NCBI RefSeq assembly: GCF_002571385.2 | Contig: NW_019217790.1 | Location: 1,666,083-1,730,082 of the forward strand | Direction: 5' to 3' | Origin: Stylophora pistillata | Lineage: Eukaryota | Length of the DNA: 64,000 nucleotides | Shown: positions 12,701-24,700 of the stretch, one piece after another | Layout of the letters: each line of letters starts with the position of its first letter | Position numbering within the stretch: the first letter of the stretch is position 1 | Notes under the pieces: generated by a model | The model's database searches: none | What the model was told of the DNA's origin: nothing | What the model saw: the letters and a program-made list of their open reading frames with translations, nothing else | Made by a program: the position numbers and the translations under genes

Positions 12701-15700
12701 TAATGCAGGCTTCTAACAATTCAAACGTTTCTAAGTTCCTCAGCCAGTTATCAATTTTGTGCAAAGTTACAGAGCACAGCAGTTCCACTGTATAACATAT
12801 AGGCTTAAACACTTTCACTCCCAAGCTCCCATTCATTATTCTCCTGTCGACTGTCTGCTATACAATTCTTATGATGTTAGTTTGGAGAATTTGGTATTGG
12901 ATCAACCAATAATCCCCTAATTGATATTTGTCTTTATTCTCATCACTTGTCCGCTTGATATCTTATTGACATTGTCACTCATGGCAGTTAAAGGATTAAG
13001 GTTCATACCCGGTAACAGATTCCCAACAATAACATCTAAAAGCCAGAACGCCTCCTCTTCTTTGTTAACAATGAGAAGCATCAATCCTGCAATATAGTTT
13101 AGACCCTGTAAGAAAGAATATTGAACAGTTAAAACATAACTTAAACATTTAACTGTGTGGTCACGTGCACTCCTACTGTACTTTCTCCACAAATGTTAAT
13201 CATGCATTCATCTATCTGGCGAGAAATTTACTTAAAATAACTTGTCAACACTTTAAATTGCATGAGTGATCAAGAGAGAATTTCTCCTCACCATATTGAT
13301 ACAGTTTCAAGCATACAGGTGATGAGAATAAGGGAAAATATCAATTAGGGAGATTATGAGTTGATCTAATACCAGTTTCTCCATACTAACATTATAAGAA
13401 TCTTATAATAGACATCTAATTGATAAAAATAAGCAAAAGAAGTTTTACACTACATTTCGATGACCAGCCACGTCATCATTTTCATGTGAAAAGAGAATAA
13501 AATTTTGACAACTTGATATATACCGTGCAAGGCAATAATAAAAACAACTTTTCCATCTTAAAGAAGTGTAACGGAAAACTGGACTGTCTGATTTATGAAA
13601 TGTTATTCATAAAGAAGAAAAGGCCACGCTTGAACACACAATCAGACTCCATACGTGCAAAATTATTTATTTAAATTTTATTTAAATTTGTCACTTTTTA
13701 CATGCATACTTTACAGTGACTGCATTTTATTGCCTTGCACGGTATTATATTAAGTTTTCAAAATTTTTATTCTCTTTTCACTTGAAAATGATGACATGGC
13801 ATCATCGAAACATAGTGTAAAATGTCTTTCGTTTTTTTTTATCATTTATAAGATGTTCAACCAAATCTAATCTTATTGGAGTGAGTAGGGAGAATTACAC
13901 GTAGTAGTAATGCGATCTTAGGAGTCAGAAGGTTAACATCTAACAAAAGTCCTATATTTGGTTATCTCTTCACAAACATCAGTAACAAGTCCTTGAATGA
14001 TTTTGAAAGCAAATTGAAACTAATAATACGAATTACTGCATCTTGATCAGTAAATTTTTCTCATATTTTTATTAACAAAAGGAATCTCAAAAAATAATTT
14101 TGTCTTTGAACAATTTACTCATTCTTAATTCATTCCAAAAGAAGCACTCAAAGTCATTTTGACTCCACTTTGCTGAATTGTTATTGTTTTATATGTAAAG
14201 ATAACTTACTTGGCAATATCCTATTCTTGGGTTGTGCTTGGCATATGCAATTAAAACATTCAACAAGGCTGGCCTCAGGTCATCTTGTCTACTAGAAAAG
14301 TGAATGTTATCAGGAAAGGTGCGGTCGATATCTGTAAAAATACAGCAATTCAAACAACAATGTTAAAAGCTAAGAATAGTATAATTATTATATTGGTTTC
14401 ATACAAATTAGAGCAAATAACAAAACAATAATTAAAATTATTACACGACTCGGGCAGTCAGAGGGCCAATAACTAAAATCAACCAATCAAAATGCTCTAT
14501 TGCCGGTCAATATTCTCTCAGTATTGGACCGGGCACTGTCCCGAATGGTCCCAAATGATACCGCACTTGTGTCCCTTTGAACTTCAGTCTATNNNNNNNN
14601 NNNNATTATCTTGCTTGCAGGAAAGCGCTGCACTCGGTCCATACTGTCAAGACCTCGGGCCAATATTCTCCCAGTACGGCCCTCGCGCTTGGTTAATAAG
14701 ATATATGTATTGGTACGTGGATATATGATACACTGGTAACTGACATAAGAAACTACCATCTTTCATACTCCATCACCACAAAGAAAAATTATGACAATAC
14801 CATTCAATGCAATACTGCATGTGCTATGTAAACCTGGTGTATGGCCATGCTTTATTATCAACAACTTCTTTCGAGCTCACTTGATAAAGAATCCAACTGC
14901 AAAATCAGATGGTCTGGGGTTCATATCCTCTTAGCCCTTCACACCCTTACATCAGTTGGCAAGTTCTCCACACTGTACTCTATACATTTCCTGTGGTACT
15001 TGCAAGGAGAATTTGCTTAATGATCAAGAGCTTCCTGTTACAGTCATTCCCTTTATTCTCATGACCATAATGTTTGATCCGAGGGTAATGCTATTAGGAG
15101 AATTTACATTCCTATCACTGTTTGGGATTAAAGAGTTAAGGAAATCAAATTTTTTCCTTGTCAAAAAATAAACATTTTCCACAACTTCTACATCTTCCAA
15201 TTGTTCTCAGACTGGTTGCATATACTTGCATAGTCTGATAACTTGAGTTAAGGTAATGCAAGATACCTGTTTGTATGCTGTGCATGGCCATCTCATCAAT
15301 TGTTGTATCTTCTGCCAGTAATCGTTGATAGCTGCCAGGATTTAACTTCATTTTCTTCCTTGCTCCACTAGTGTCCACCCATACCTTTAAGAAAAAAAGG
15401 ACATGTTGAAAATCTTAAAGAGAAGTTTCTAAAGAAACTGTTGGTGGTGCTGCACATTGCATTGGTGGGGTATTACGAGATAATTTGGTAAAATTCACTG
15501 GGTTAATAAATGTTATAAATAAGCTACTGTAGAGAGCTTCTTAAGCTGATGTGTTGAGCATGAGCCCTTTCTCAGTTGATAAAACCACAACATCCTGTTG
15601 AAAAATCAAACTGATTGATACAGAAATTGTCAATTAATTTTTTTTACAGTGTAGTTATGCTCAAAGGAACAGAAACAAGTTGTGGGTCATGTTACCTGGG

Positions 15701-18141
15701 CTCTAAGTTCCATAGGAATCCCTTTCCTAACAAATCTTTTCACTGAAAGAAATCAAAAGTATAATAAACATTACTGAAAAATAGTAATTTTAATAACATA
15801 CAATTTATAATACGCTATAGAACCCCCCCTAATTCAAAATCCCATGAGAAACAAAATATGATTTGAGTTAGCTGATAGTGAATGACTCAAAAATTGGACC
15901 TTGTTTAAGTCACTGAGTGGTTCAAATTAATCATGTTCAAGTGAGCAGGGTTTTACTGTAATGGGGCACTTACTTTTGCAAAATGGTAAATACCATAAAT
16001 CCTCCATTAAGCCCCCCCTTCAGATGAGGAAATTTACGAAGCCCCCCTCTAGTAAGCTCCCCCTACCCTTCCCACTAAAAAAAGTTCAAAATAACGCTCC
16101 ATGTCAATAAGCAAGATAAATTTATTCAAGCACTGTAATTTTAGTTTGTCTTTTAAAACTGATTATGGTGATTGTTTGATTGATGTTATCATGTTGGCAT
16201 CATTACAATATTGTATACGGAATTACAATTTGGTCAATGAAAAAATGCAAAATGAGAAGAATGTTTTTATACATATAGTACATTATATCCTATCGTATTA
16301 TGGTAGTGAACATCAGGCTAAATTAATAAGCCCCCCCCCTCTATTAAGCCCCCCTCCAATAAGCCACCCCCCCCCCAAAGTACCTGAAATAAATAAGCCG
16401 CGGGGGGAGCTTATTAGAGAGGATTTATGGTAAATGCAAAATGCAAGGCCAGAAAGTACCCCAAAGACTCCAAGGGCAGCCTTCATCAGTCCATCTTTGA
16501 TCTAATTGTCCCCACAATGCTTCCAGTCATTTTACAAAGCTCTAATTGGTCTGTAATAAAAATATTTGTTTCCTATTCAAAGCAAGTATCGTAAAAGACC
16601 ACATGATTACCTCTTCTTGACTTTCTCACTTTGTTCACACCCTTCATGAAGTTATCCCAGCGCGATGCTCGCCGTGCCAGAACCCTAATGTAACTTGACA
16701 TAAATTCTTCATAACTTGAGTAGTCAAAGTCATCTGGCCGGTGAAAGCCATATTCATCTACTGGGCTATGGATTAAATATTAAACATTTAAAAAAAAACT
16801 ATTGGCTGTGTTAATGTCAATTTTTTGGACTGGAATGGATGTTAAGGAAGACATAGCCATATTCAGAACCACATTGTAAAGTATTTGTATAGCTGCACAA
16901 GCCTGTGCTCTACAGAACCTCGGCACCACAGGTGACTAGCTTTTGTCTTAAAGTGATTTGTATAACTTGACTTTGTGACCCCAGTTTTTGCCACCAGACC
17001 TTTCAGGTATCATGAATTTTCCAGAAGAAGAATCATTCATAATTCTTTAATTTTTTCAGTACATAAAGAGACAAACATGCATCTCCAATTCAAAATATGC
17101 TCTAAATAGGCCCATGACAGTATCAGTAGCTGACATGGTTTCTGACCTCCCTTTTTAACACTCCATCCCATGTACATTTAGTAAGCAGAAGATTCAGAAG
17201 AGCAAGAATCATACACTTGACATTAATCTCAAAAAAAGAGGAGCTCACTGGTAATGTCAATAAGTGTGTCTAAAGATGTTACATCCACATCCCTCTTAAA
17301 AATATGTTGACAAATCAAAATATTTTAGCCTAATGGAATTGAGTATTTCCAAGTCAAAGGTCTTTACACCACACCACTTTTAAATAATATTTTAATGCAT
17401 GATCTCATCTATAGAATGAGCTTGGACAGGAAATTATTTTATCAGCATTTGTGATATGGTTTAAAATAATTTGTTTTGTTATGAAATAGAAGATTAGCCC
17501 TTTTTCGTGGATCTTTTCTAAATCCTTCTTTAGAGTTCTTCATAGCCTTTTAAATAAAAATAATGTTCTTAATATCATTCTTGAAAATTATTAAATCAGA
17601 GTTGAGCACTCAAATGTAGATTCCATTGTAATGTTTTCCTGTGATTAGAGGGAAAAATAACTAAGAATTCATTTACATGTATTTCAACACACTACCAGGA
17701 AGTTGTAATATTAGATACTTAAAACCGTACACTTTTGAACCAGAAATCAAATTTCGAGGGACCAACTGAGAGGATTAACTCAAACTCTTTATTTGGCATC
17801 TGACAAATACATTGTTTTTTTTGGCAGCGACAGGTAAGCACTGCAGAGCTGTAAGCAGCTGTGCTGGTTGAAGATCTTCATGGATAACTAAATTATAAGG
17901 CACCTTCAAATAGAGAAATCTTTTAGAAGGACTTTGTAATGACGAAAATACCCCTTAACCTTTTATTTTACGTAGGAAAACGTCACCAATATATTTATCA
18001 GTGATTATCTTGCTTGCAGGAAAGCTCATATTCCGCCCAAATATTATGGAAGCGACGTAAATTGCAAACAAATGTACGAGGTCGATAATTTTCCAATAAA
18101 ACAACAAAGATATCGCGGAAATACCTCTGAATCGTAGACAT
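9728..18141 (-). CDS. GRTP1: Growth hormone-regulated TBC protein 1 (TBC1D6) Rab GTPase-activating protein; 11 exons, about 341 aa
   Basis: Exons 18125-18141, 16611-16765, 15696-15742, 15267-15384, 14210-14331, 13009-13105, 12538-12601, 11356-11464, 10526-10663, 10199-10246, 9728-9838. N-terminus VDEYGFHRPDDFDY; RKGIP..LRAQVW; R-finger IQTDIDRTF; Q-finger GYCQGLNYIAG; LRIWDCLFYEGSKVILRVAL. The short first exon is less certain. Confidence 0.9.
11772..12095. mobile_element. MITE with internal TTCCATGACT subrepeats
   Basis: Termini CAGGGTTTGTAC and GTACGAACCCTG are imperfect inverted repeats; AATTA on both flanks. Confidence 0.7.
13412..13856 (+). mobile_element. 5'-truncated Penelope-like retroelement (GIY-YIG C-terminus) flanked by a long inverted repeat
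   Basis: 13543-13674 translates to NNFSILKKCNGKLDCLIYEMLFIKKKRPRLNTQSDSIRAKLFI*. About 13412-13545 is an inverted copy of about 13725-13856. Hammerhead-like TTGAAAATGATGA...TCATCGAAAC near 13782-13811. Confidence 0.75.
14443..14705 (+). mobile_element. Interspersed MITE-like repeat containing an N gap; a related copy lies in reverse orientation at 23385-23657
   Basis: About 130 bp nearly identical to the reverse complement of 23545-23657; shared CTTGGTTAATAAGATATA terminus. Confidence 0.8.
15991..16432. mobile_element. TA-flanked MITE (Tc1/mariner-type)
   Basis: Terminal inverted repeats TACCATAAATCCTC / GAGGATTTATGGTA; internal TAAGCCCCCC subrepeats. Confidence 0.75.
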
Positions 18142-18723
18142 TTCTGTCCTGTTTGATCTCAGAGCATACTCGGTGACCTCCGTGTTGGAAAAAGCGATGC
18201 AAACTATGTATTTACGGGATGTTCCTGATGCCGACACGTCGAGCTGCCGCAATTCTCCAACAGGAAATTAGCCCTAGAAAAGATGGATGCTAATGACAGT
18301 TGTATCAGCGTTTGTGATTGGTTATTGTTTTATATGTACTCTTACTAGAAATTTCCTGAACAGGAATATATACTTTTGTTCAATGACCTCTGTGTTGGAC
18401 GAGGTCGGAGACTCTTTTCAAATTCAGCTGAGTGGCATTGTCTTCTATTTACATGTATGAGTTGCACGAGTTATTACTAGCCTTTGTACCTTGTTTTTGG
18501 GTAGAAATACTCCTTTGTTTTTATTATCAAAAGTAAACCAATAAAATCACGCGTTATAATGTAAATATTCGGCTCCGGAAGCAAAGAGCTCTGGGTAGCA
18601 ACATAGAGGCGAGGTTTTAATATGGCTGCTAGATTTCCAATTTGCAATTCTTTCGGTAGGTCTCGACATAATAATCAGGAATATCAATAGTTTTCTCTCT
18701 TCTGCCTCATTGATTTCGGAGAG
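18142..18723. promoter_or_regulatory. Probable bidirectional promoter and 5'UTRs between GRTP1 and WDR44
   Basis: Divergent ATGs about 580 bp apart; locally richer in CpG; CCAAT boxes on both strands (about 18317 and 18538). Confidence 0.55.
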
Positions 18724-21700
18724 ATGCAGAGCGAGAGTGATTCAGACAATGAGTTCTTCGATGCTGCAGAAAAACTTAATATATCCGAGTCTTCCACTTT
18801 GGATTCGAGGTAACAACACTTCACGTAACTTGAATTGAATGCTAATATATATATTTTTTGGTTGCGCAAAAGAGCTTTGTATCATCGTCGTTCATGGAAA
18901 TTTCTCCTTTAATTATTCCTTCTGTAGCTAGGGAAAATCGTTATTTATACGCTTAGATTTATTCGTAAGCAATTTATTTTCAATTTGCTTGCAAAACATT
19001 CTTTTCTGGGAATTTTATAAGGCGCTTCTGAAATGTTCCTGTTTTTGTCACCCACTCGTGTTCTTCAACTTTGACTGTGTTCTTTTGCAGAGGGCCAAAG
19101 GATGAAAAGACCGCACAAAAGGTAGGTTTGTTTACGTGCATTTTAACTGTGCACATGTACCGCATAATCAGCACGAAATTTCAACGCACTTTAAACAGAA
19201 CGAACACCTGTCAGCACTGTATGATATTGAATCTAAATAATCGATTTATTTATGTTTTAAACGTTTCTTTTATTCTTAATGGTGGCTTCCGCCCGTGGCC
19301 GTGGGTTTTCTCCTCCATTTTGATTGCGTAGACTTGTGGTATTTTTCCTCTTATGAAATAAGCATCAAGTAAATCTTATATAATACCTACTGTAAAGCTT
19401 TCAAACAAATGTAAACAGCGTCAGTGGATCTAAAATTCTCATGTTTGAATAAACGCGAAATGTTTATTTTTGTAACCTACATTTTATAAATTGTGGGGTT
19501 TTTTGGATGAGACAATTTTCTGGCGCTTGATTAAGTCTGGATTGTTATTTTTGTTGCAAGTTAAATTATAGAAAGTGATGCAAGACTGCAAATGAGAATG
19601 TGCAAGTAGATATGGAAATATGGATGACAATGTTTATCCATGCAAGAACATACATGCACATTTTTGCTATATTATTCTGTTGTTTATTTTGGTGTTGATA
19701 ACTTTGACAGCAGTTAACAAATTAATATGTGGTAACTTTCAGGAAAGATTGATGTAAGTATTTCAGCAGTGAAAATGTATATAGGAACATTTTTTTTTGT
19801 CAAAATATGGAAATATGGAATCAAAGAGATTATTTCGATCACCATTCATTGCTGAATTATAGAAATAGGAGGTCTAGCAGCAAACTCAACAAGCCAGCCA
19901 GTCTTGTGTGGCCACTGGCCAAGAAATAAACTTTTAAGTGTCTTGATAAAAATGGGTCTATCATCTTGTGTCAAAGGGTAAGAAGTACCATGCTGATATT
20001 TGTTTGATTTCTTTTAGGATCAAGTTGATGGACCATATAGAAATCATTCAACTGATATTTCTCTGATAGACCCAATTCCAGGAGAAAACTCAGCTGCAGC
20101 AGAAAGTTCTGTGGTTGAACAAACAAATGAGGCAGATATTATCAAAACCCATGGAGAGAGCACTGCTTTGAATCAGTCAACTAGTGATTTAGCTGACAGA
20201 AAAGAAACCAGTGATACGTCTTTACTAAGTGACATGATTCATAATGATTCTAAACTTGAACCAGAAGAAGTAACAGATACAAATAGTTCAACAGACTGTC
20301 ACAGTAAGGCACAGGCTTGTTTAGGTGAAGGTGAATTACAAAATGAGGAAATAGTGTCTAAGGAGACAATTGAAAACACTGTCACAAAGGAGGATGTAGG
20401 GTCTGATGCTACTGATAAGAAAAAGACAGAATTTGCAAAGAGCAAAACAGATGCCAGTCAGATTATTGCTGATGTTGTTGAGAGTATTGAACAGGATAGT
20501 GCACCTCCTATAGCTCCTCCAAGAAGACGGAAGAAAAAGAAGAAAGCTTCCTTGGAAGACCAGGTGAGTCAATAAAAGGGATGTGTAATGGATAATATCA
20601 AAGCCAGAGTCAAGGAGATAGAATTTTTCGTTGGTCTGATCATCACAGTTGTGTGGGAAACTGTCTCCTTTGCAAAATAAACATGCACTAAAAAATGTTC
20701 ATGCTTTGCAGTTGAATGCAAATGGTAGTAAAAGGTTAAGAACAAAGTTATGATCTCATGTCGTCTACACCTCTCCAATCCTTCTGAGGCTGCAAAATAC
20801 AAATATCTGAGTATGAAAATTAGAGGTTGGGCAATCCCTCTTTGGCTCACTTTTCCTCCCACGGAGTGGAAAGCACGCAGTGTTAGCTGTCTGTTTTATA
20901 CCTTTCAGACACCTGGGTCACCTACACCTTCAGAAAGCACTGGGCCAGATTCCACTGTCACTACTCCTACAGAACCAGAAACACATATTCCTGCAAGAGC
21001 TTTTGCCAAACCAGTTCTCTCTAATGAACAAGATGGCAAAACAAAAGAACTTGAATTGCTAACAACTGAATCTAATCAAGACGATCCTAGCATTCATGTT
21101 GATGCAAATAACAAGGAGATGAAAACTGTGTTAGATAGAACAAGTTCAACAGAAGTTATACCTGCATTAAGTTTAGATTCCAGGCTGAAATATGGCAGTG
21201 TGGCCTCCATTAATAGATCAGATAGCTATGCAAGCGTTGCAAGTAATCTATCAAATGGTATTTCTGAGAAAGCAGGTTCATTCACTTCTGTTGCTAGTAC
21301 TTTATCGGCTCATCAGCCTCTTGGATCTCATCATGGTTTAGTGCGGTACAGATCAGCTTCAGGAAGACCCTTGTCTGACATTGTAAGTACACTCTGACTT
21401 CTGCATGCAACTGATACAATCACACAGGTCTTAAGATTACTACAGATACAGGCACCAGTGTGACTAACAATTTACTGGCTACTTAGACTTCTTATCTAAT
21501 CAGCACTGTGGCTTCTAGATTTTTGTTATGTTTAGTTAAAAAGTTTAAGTTAAAAAGTACCTCGTATTGTCTAGATTTCTTGCTGTTTTGAAAGTGAAAA
21601 AAGAAGAAACTTGCATAAGCAAATTCCGTTGACATTGCAGATTGTCATCTTTTGACACAGTTATTAATTTTCACAAGTTTCATTCAGATTGGAACTGGAT

Positions 21701-24700
21701 TGTTTGAATAAATTTTTGTCTTATGTGTTAAAATTTTTTAATAGTTTCTCAATCACAAAGACATTGTGCAGCACTTATAGCAGGTTTTGCATGCAAATTC
21801 CAATCCACACTTTAACTCAAAATGAATGTTGCTACCACCAATACCCCTATGTAGTCATTCGTGTTTTAAGTGTGTGATGATTTTGTGTAGGAAATTTTAG
21901 AACAGGTGATGGTAAAAAACCTAGATACTGGAGAAGCTGTACCACTGAGTGTAGCAGAGGAAAAATTACCAAAATGTACCAACCCTTTGGCTTTACAAAT
22001 CATGAGATTAACTTCTGAATACTCAAGGTACATGTGGAACTTAATGAGTACAGTATGGTTATGTAGCCCATTTTGGAAATTGCAGGATTGCCACTATGAG
22101 GTGGAAGGTTTAAGCATAAAAGTAGACATTTTTATATAAAATACTTCTCCTGATATCTCTTTACCTTGAGTGTAACTCCATCTCAAATTTATTACATTTC
22201 ACTTCTGTTTGAATATTATTATTATTGATGAATACCCACTCTTGATTTTTTTTTAGCAATCCAGACCTTACAAACCAAGATCATGAGGATGGACTAGAAC
22301 GAAAAGCTGCAAAGACAACGTAAACTATCACCAAAATTTTCTATTATTTTAATCATTGCAGTTGCTTTAATTCAATTTCAGGGACTAATTCACAAGTTTG
22401 TCATTAATCTTATAGGAAAAAATTGAAGAAATTTTTTGGGAAAAAGGCAAAGAAGGCAGATAAACCTGCAAAAGGTTTGTTGGTCATTTTATCAATACAG
22501 GAATTATTTTAAGTTTCTATAATCCAGTGCAAGGAGCCCTTGGTGAATGTACATGTACAATTTTAGGTCTAACCTGTCATAACTTGAATTTGATTTAATT
22601 ACAAAAGTAAAGCAACAAGGCCTGCTCCTTAGCTGGATCTAGGGTAGCATTATAGATCTTTGCAGCTTTTTTGTGCCAGTACATATATGAATTCTTGAAA
22701 TCTTACCAACAGATGCCAAGAAATAGGGAAAAATTTATTCATTGTCTCTGAAAAAAATGTTGAGTCTCTGTTTAAAAGTATTGCCAGTCTGAATCTGTAC
22801 CTTATGTTATTATGATTGCATTTTAGCTCGCAAAGAAGACAGCTCTTCCAGTGATGAAGAAACGCCTCAAGATTCTCCAGCTCCTCTTATCAAGGTTGGT
22901 CACAGCTTTGAATATGGATTATACAGTCATGTATGTTCGCCTCATTAGTCGAGTGTTACCTGCAGGAGGGTAGAGGGGCTTAAAAATGGTCATTTAGATC
23001 GCACACAGAGTTGGTGATTCATTAATTTTGGACTGAATCTTACACTACAAATTCCAACTGAACCTGGAAGCCATGCACAAGGACCACCTTGGGAGTGTCA
23101 GCTCCACTGCTAAATTTCAATTTAACACATTCTTTTTAATTTTTTCCTTCTCAGTTTGAATTATGCCTCTTGTTAAGTTCATGCTTGTTCCCTCATTTTG
23201 AAAACGGTTGCACCACCTACGTTATGCCATCTTTTGTCAATAATTATAATCTTAGATCTGGCATTAGCCGCTTCACGCGTACTACTTGTAGGACAAAGCA
23301 CATGCAAGAGTTTGTCGTGCCTAAGTACACCTAGTGGCTTGTAGAATTATGCTTTTTAGTATTTATTGGATTTAATGTATTATATATATCTTATTAACCA
23401 AGCATGAGGGCCGTACTGGGAGAATATCGGCCCAAGGTCTTGACAGTATGATGTGAGTGCAGCGAGGTCCGTACAAAAAAGACGGAGGGCCGATATTCTT
23501 CCAGTACGGTCCCGAGCAAGCTTGGTTAATAAGAGATTTATTATTCGGGACCATTTGGGACAGTGCCCGGTCCAATAGTGAGAGAATATTGACCGGCAAT
23601 AGAGCATTTTGATTGGTTGATTTTAGTTATTGGCCCTCTGACTGCCCGAGTCGTGTATTGAATTTTAGTATTATATGTTTTGTAAATAGCTCTGTAATTC
23701 AGCCATTTTGTATATTGCTGCAATGAGTCTTAATAAACATTCTTTATTATAATCTGTACTGTCTTTGATCTCTTATTCTTATTCTTAAGCCCTCTGTTAA
23801 AATTATTTCACTTGATATTGTTCTTTTTACAGATAAAATCTGGTCATGGTAAAGGTCCATCTGAGTTTGAAAAGTTGAGCATTCTGCAGGATCTTAGTGG
23901 GGAGCATGTGGTATGTGAATTTTAAAGAAACATCTTTCAGTTCTTAATTTAACTTACAAATCAGTTGCAAGGAGTATCTTTGTGGTATCTTTTGTGTGGA
24001 GTGACTGGGAATACATGTATATCAGCCTTTTCTAAATGGGAGGCTATTTCATGGCTCTTTACAATATCAGTACAACAGAAAAATATCAGTTAGGGATTAT
24101 GAGTTGATCCAATGCCAAATTTCCTGAACCAACATGAGAACAACTGTGTGGTAGGCAATAAGGATAATAATAACTGAGATTTTGAAATTGAAAGGGGAAA
24201 ACACCAAGCACTTTGTTAAGTTTCCTTGACAGTTCACTGGTAGCTCTGTGTACTATGTGTTAGGAGAGAGGCTTTGGGAAAGTAAAGTGTCTTGCCCAGG
24301 AACACCACCTCCCTTTCTCAAATCTGGGATGCTTAGCTTACCAGCATGCTGACCACTTGGCTCTGGTTGTTCAAAGGGTGGATAATGCTATCCAACGGAT
24401 AAATCACTATCCAATGGATAAGTGCTACCAAACTGTACTGCACTATCCACCGGAGAGAGATTTATCCAGTGTATAGCGTTATCCATCCTTTGAACAACCA
24501 GGCCTGGTTGTTATGTTTGCTAGTTAAATTCAGCAGCACGTTGTTTATTTGGTTCATGACTGTTACTGTATTTTCATTTAGGGAGCTGTGTGGACTATTA
24601 AGTTTACTCTCTGTGGCAGACTTATGGTAAGCTATTCTCCTCTTCTATCAAAATTTGCTGGAGGTGAACCTGATAAAAATCTTGTAATTGCTAAGTAAAT

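Noticed and set aside
14605-14626. 22-bp exact match to 18004-18025
   Set aside because: Abuts an N gap, so a scaffolding artefact or repeat fragment is likely; no function can be supported
14870-14932. tRNA-like sequence
   Set aside because: Too degenerate to fold as a cloverleaf; at most a SINE head remnant
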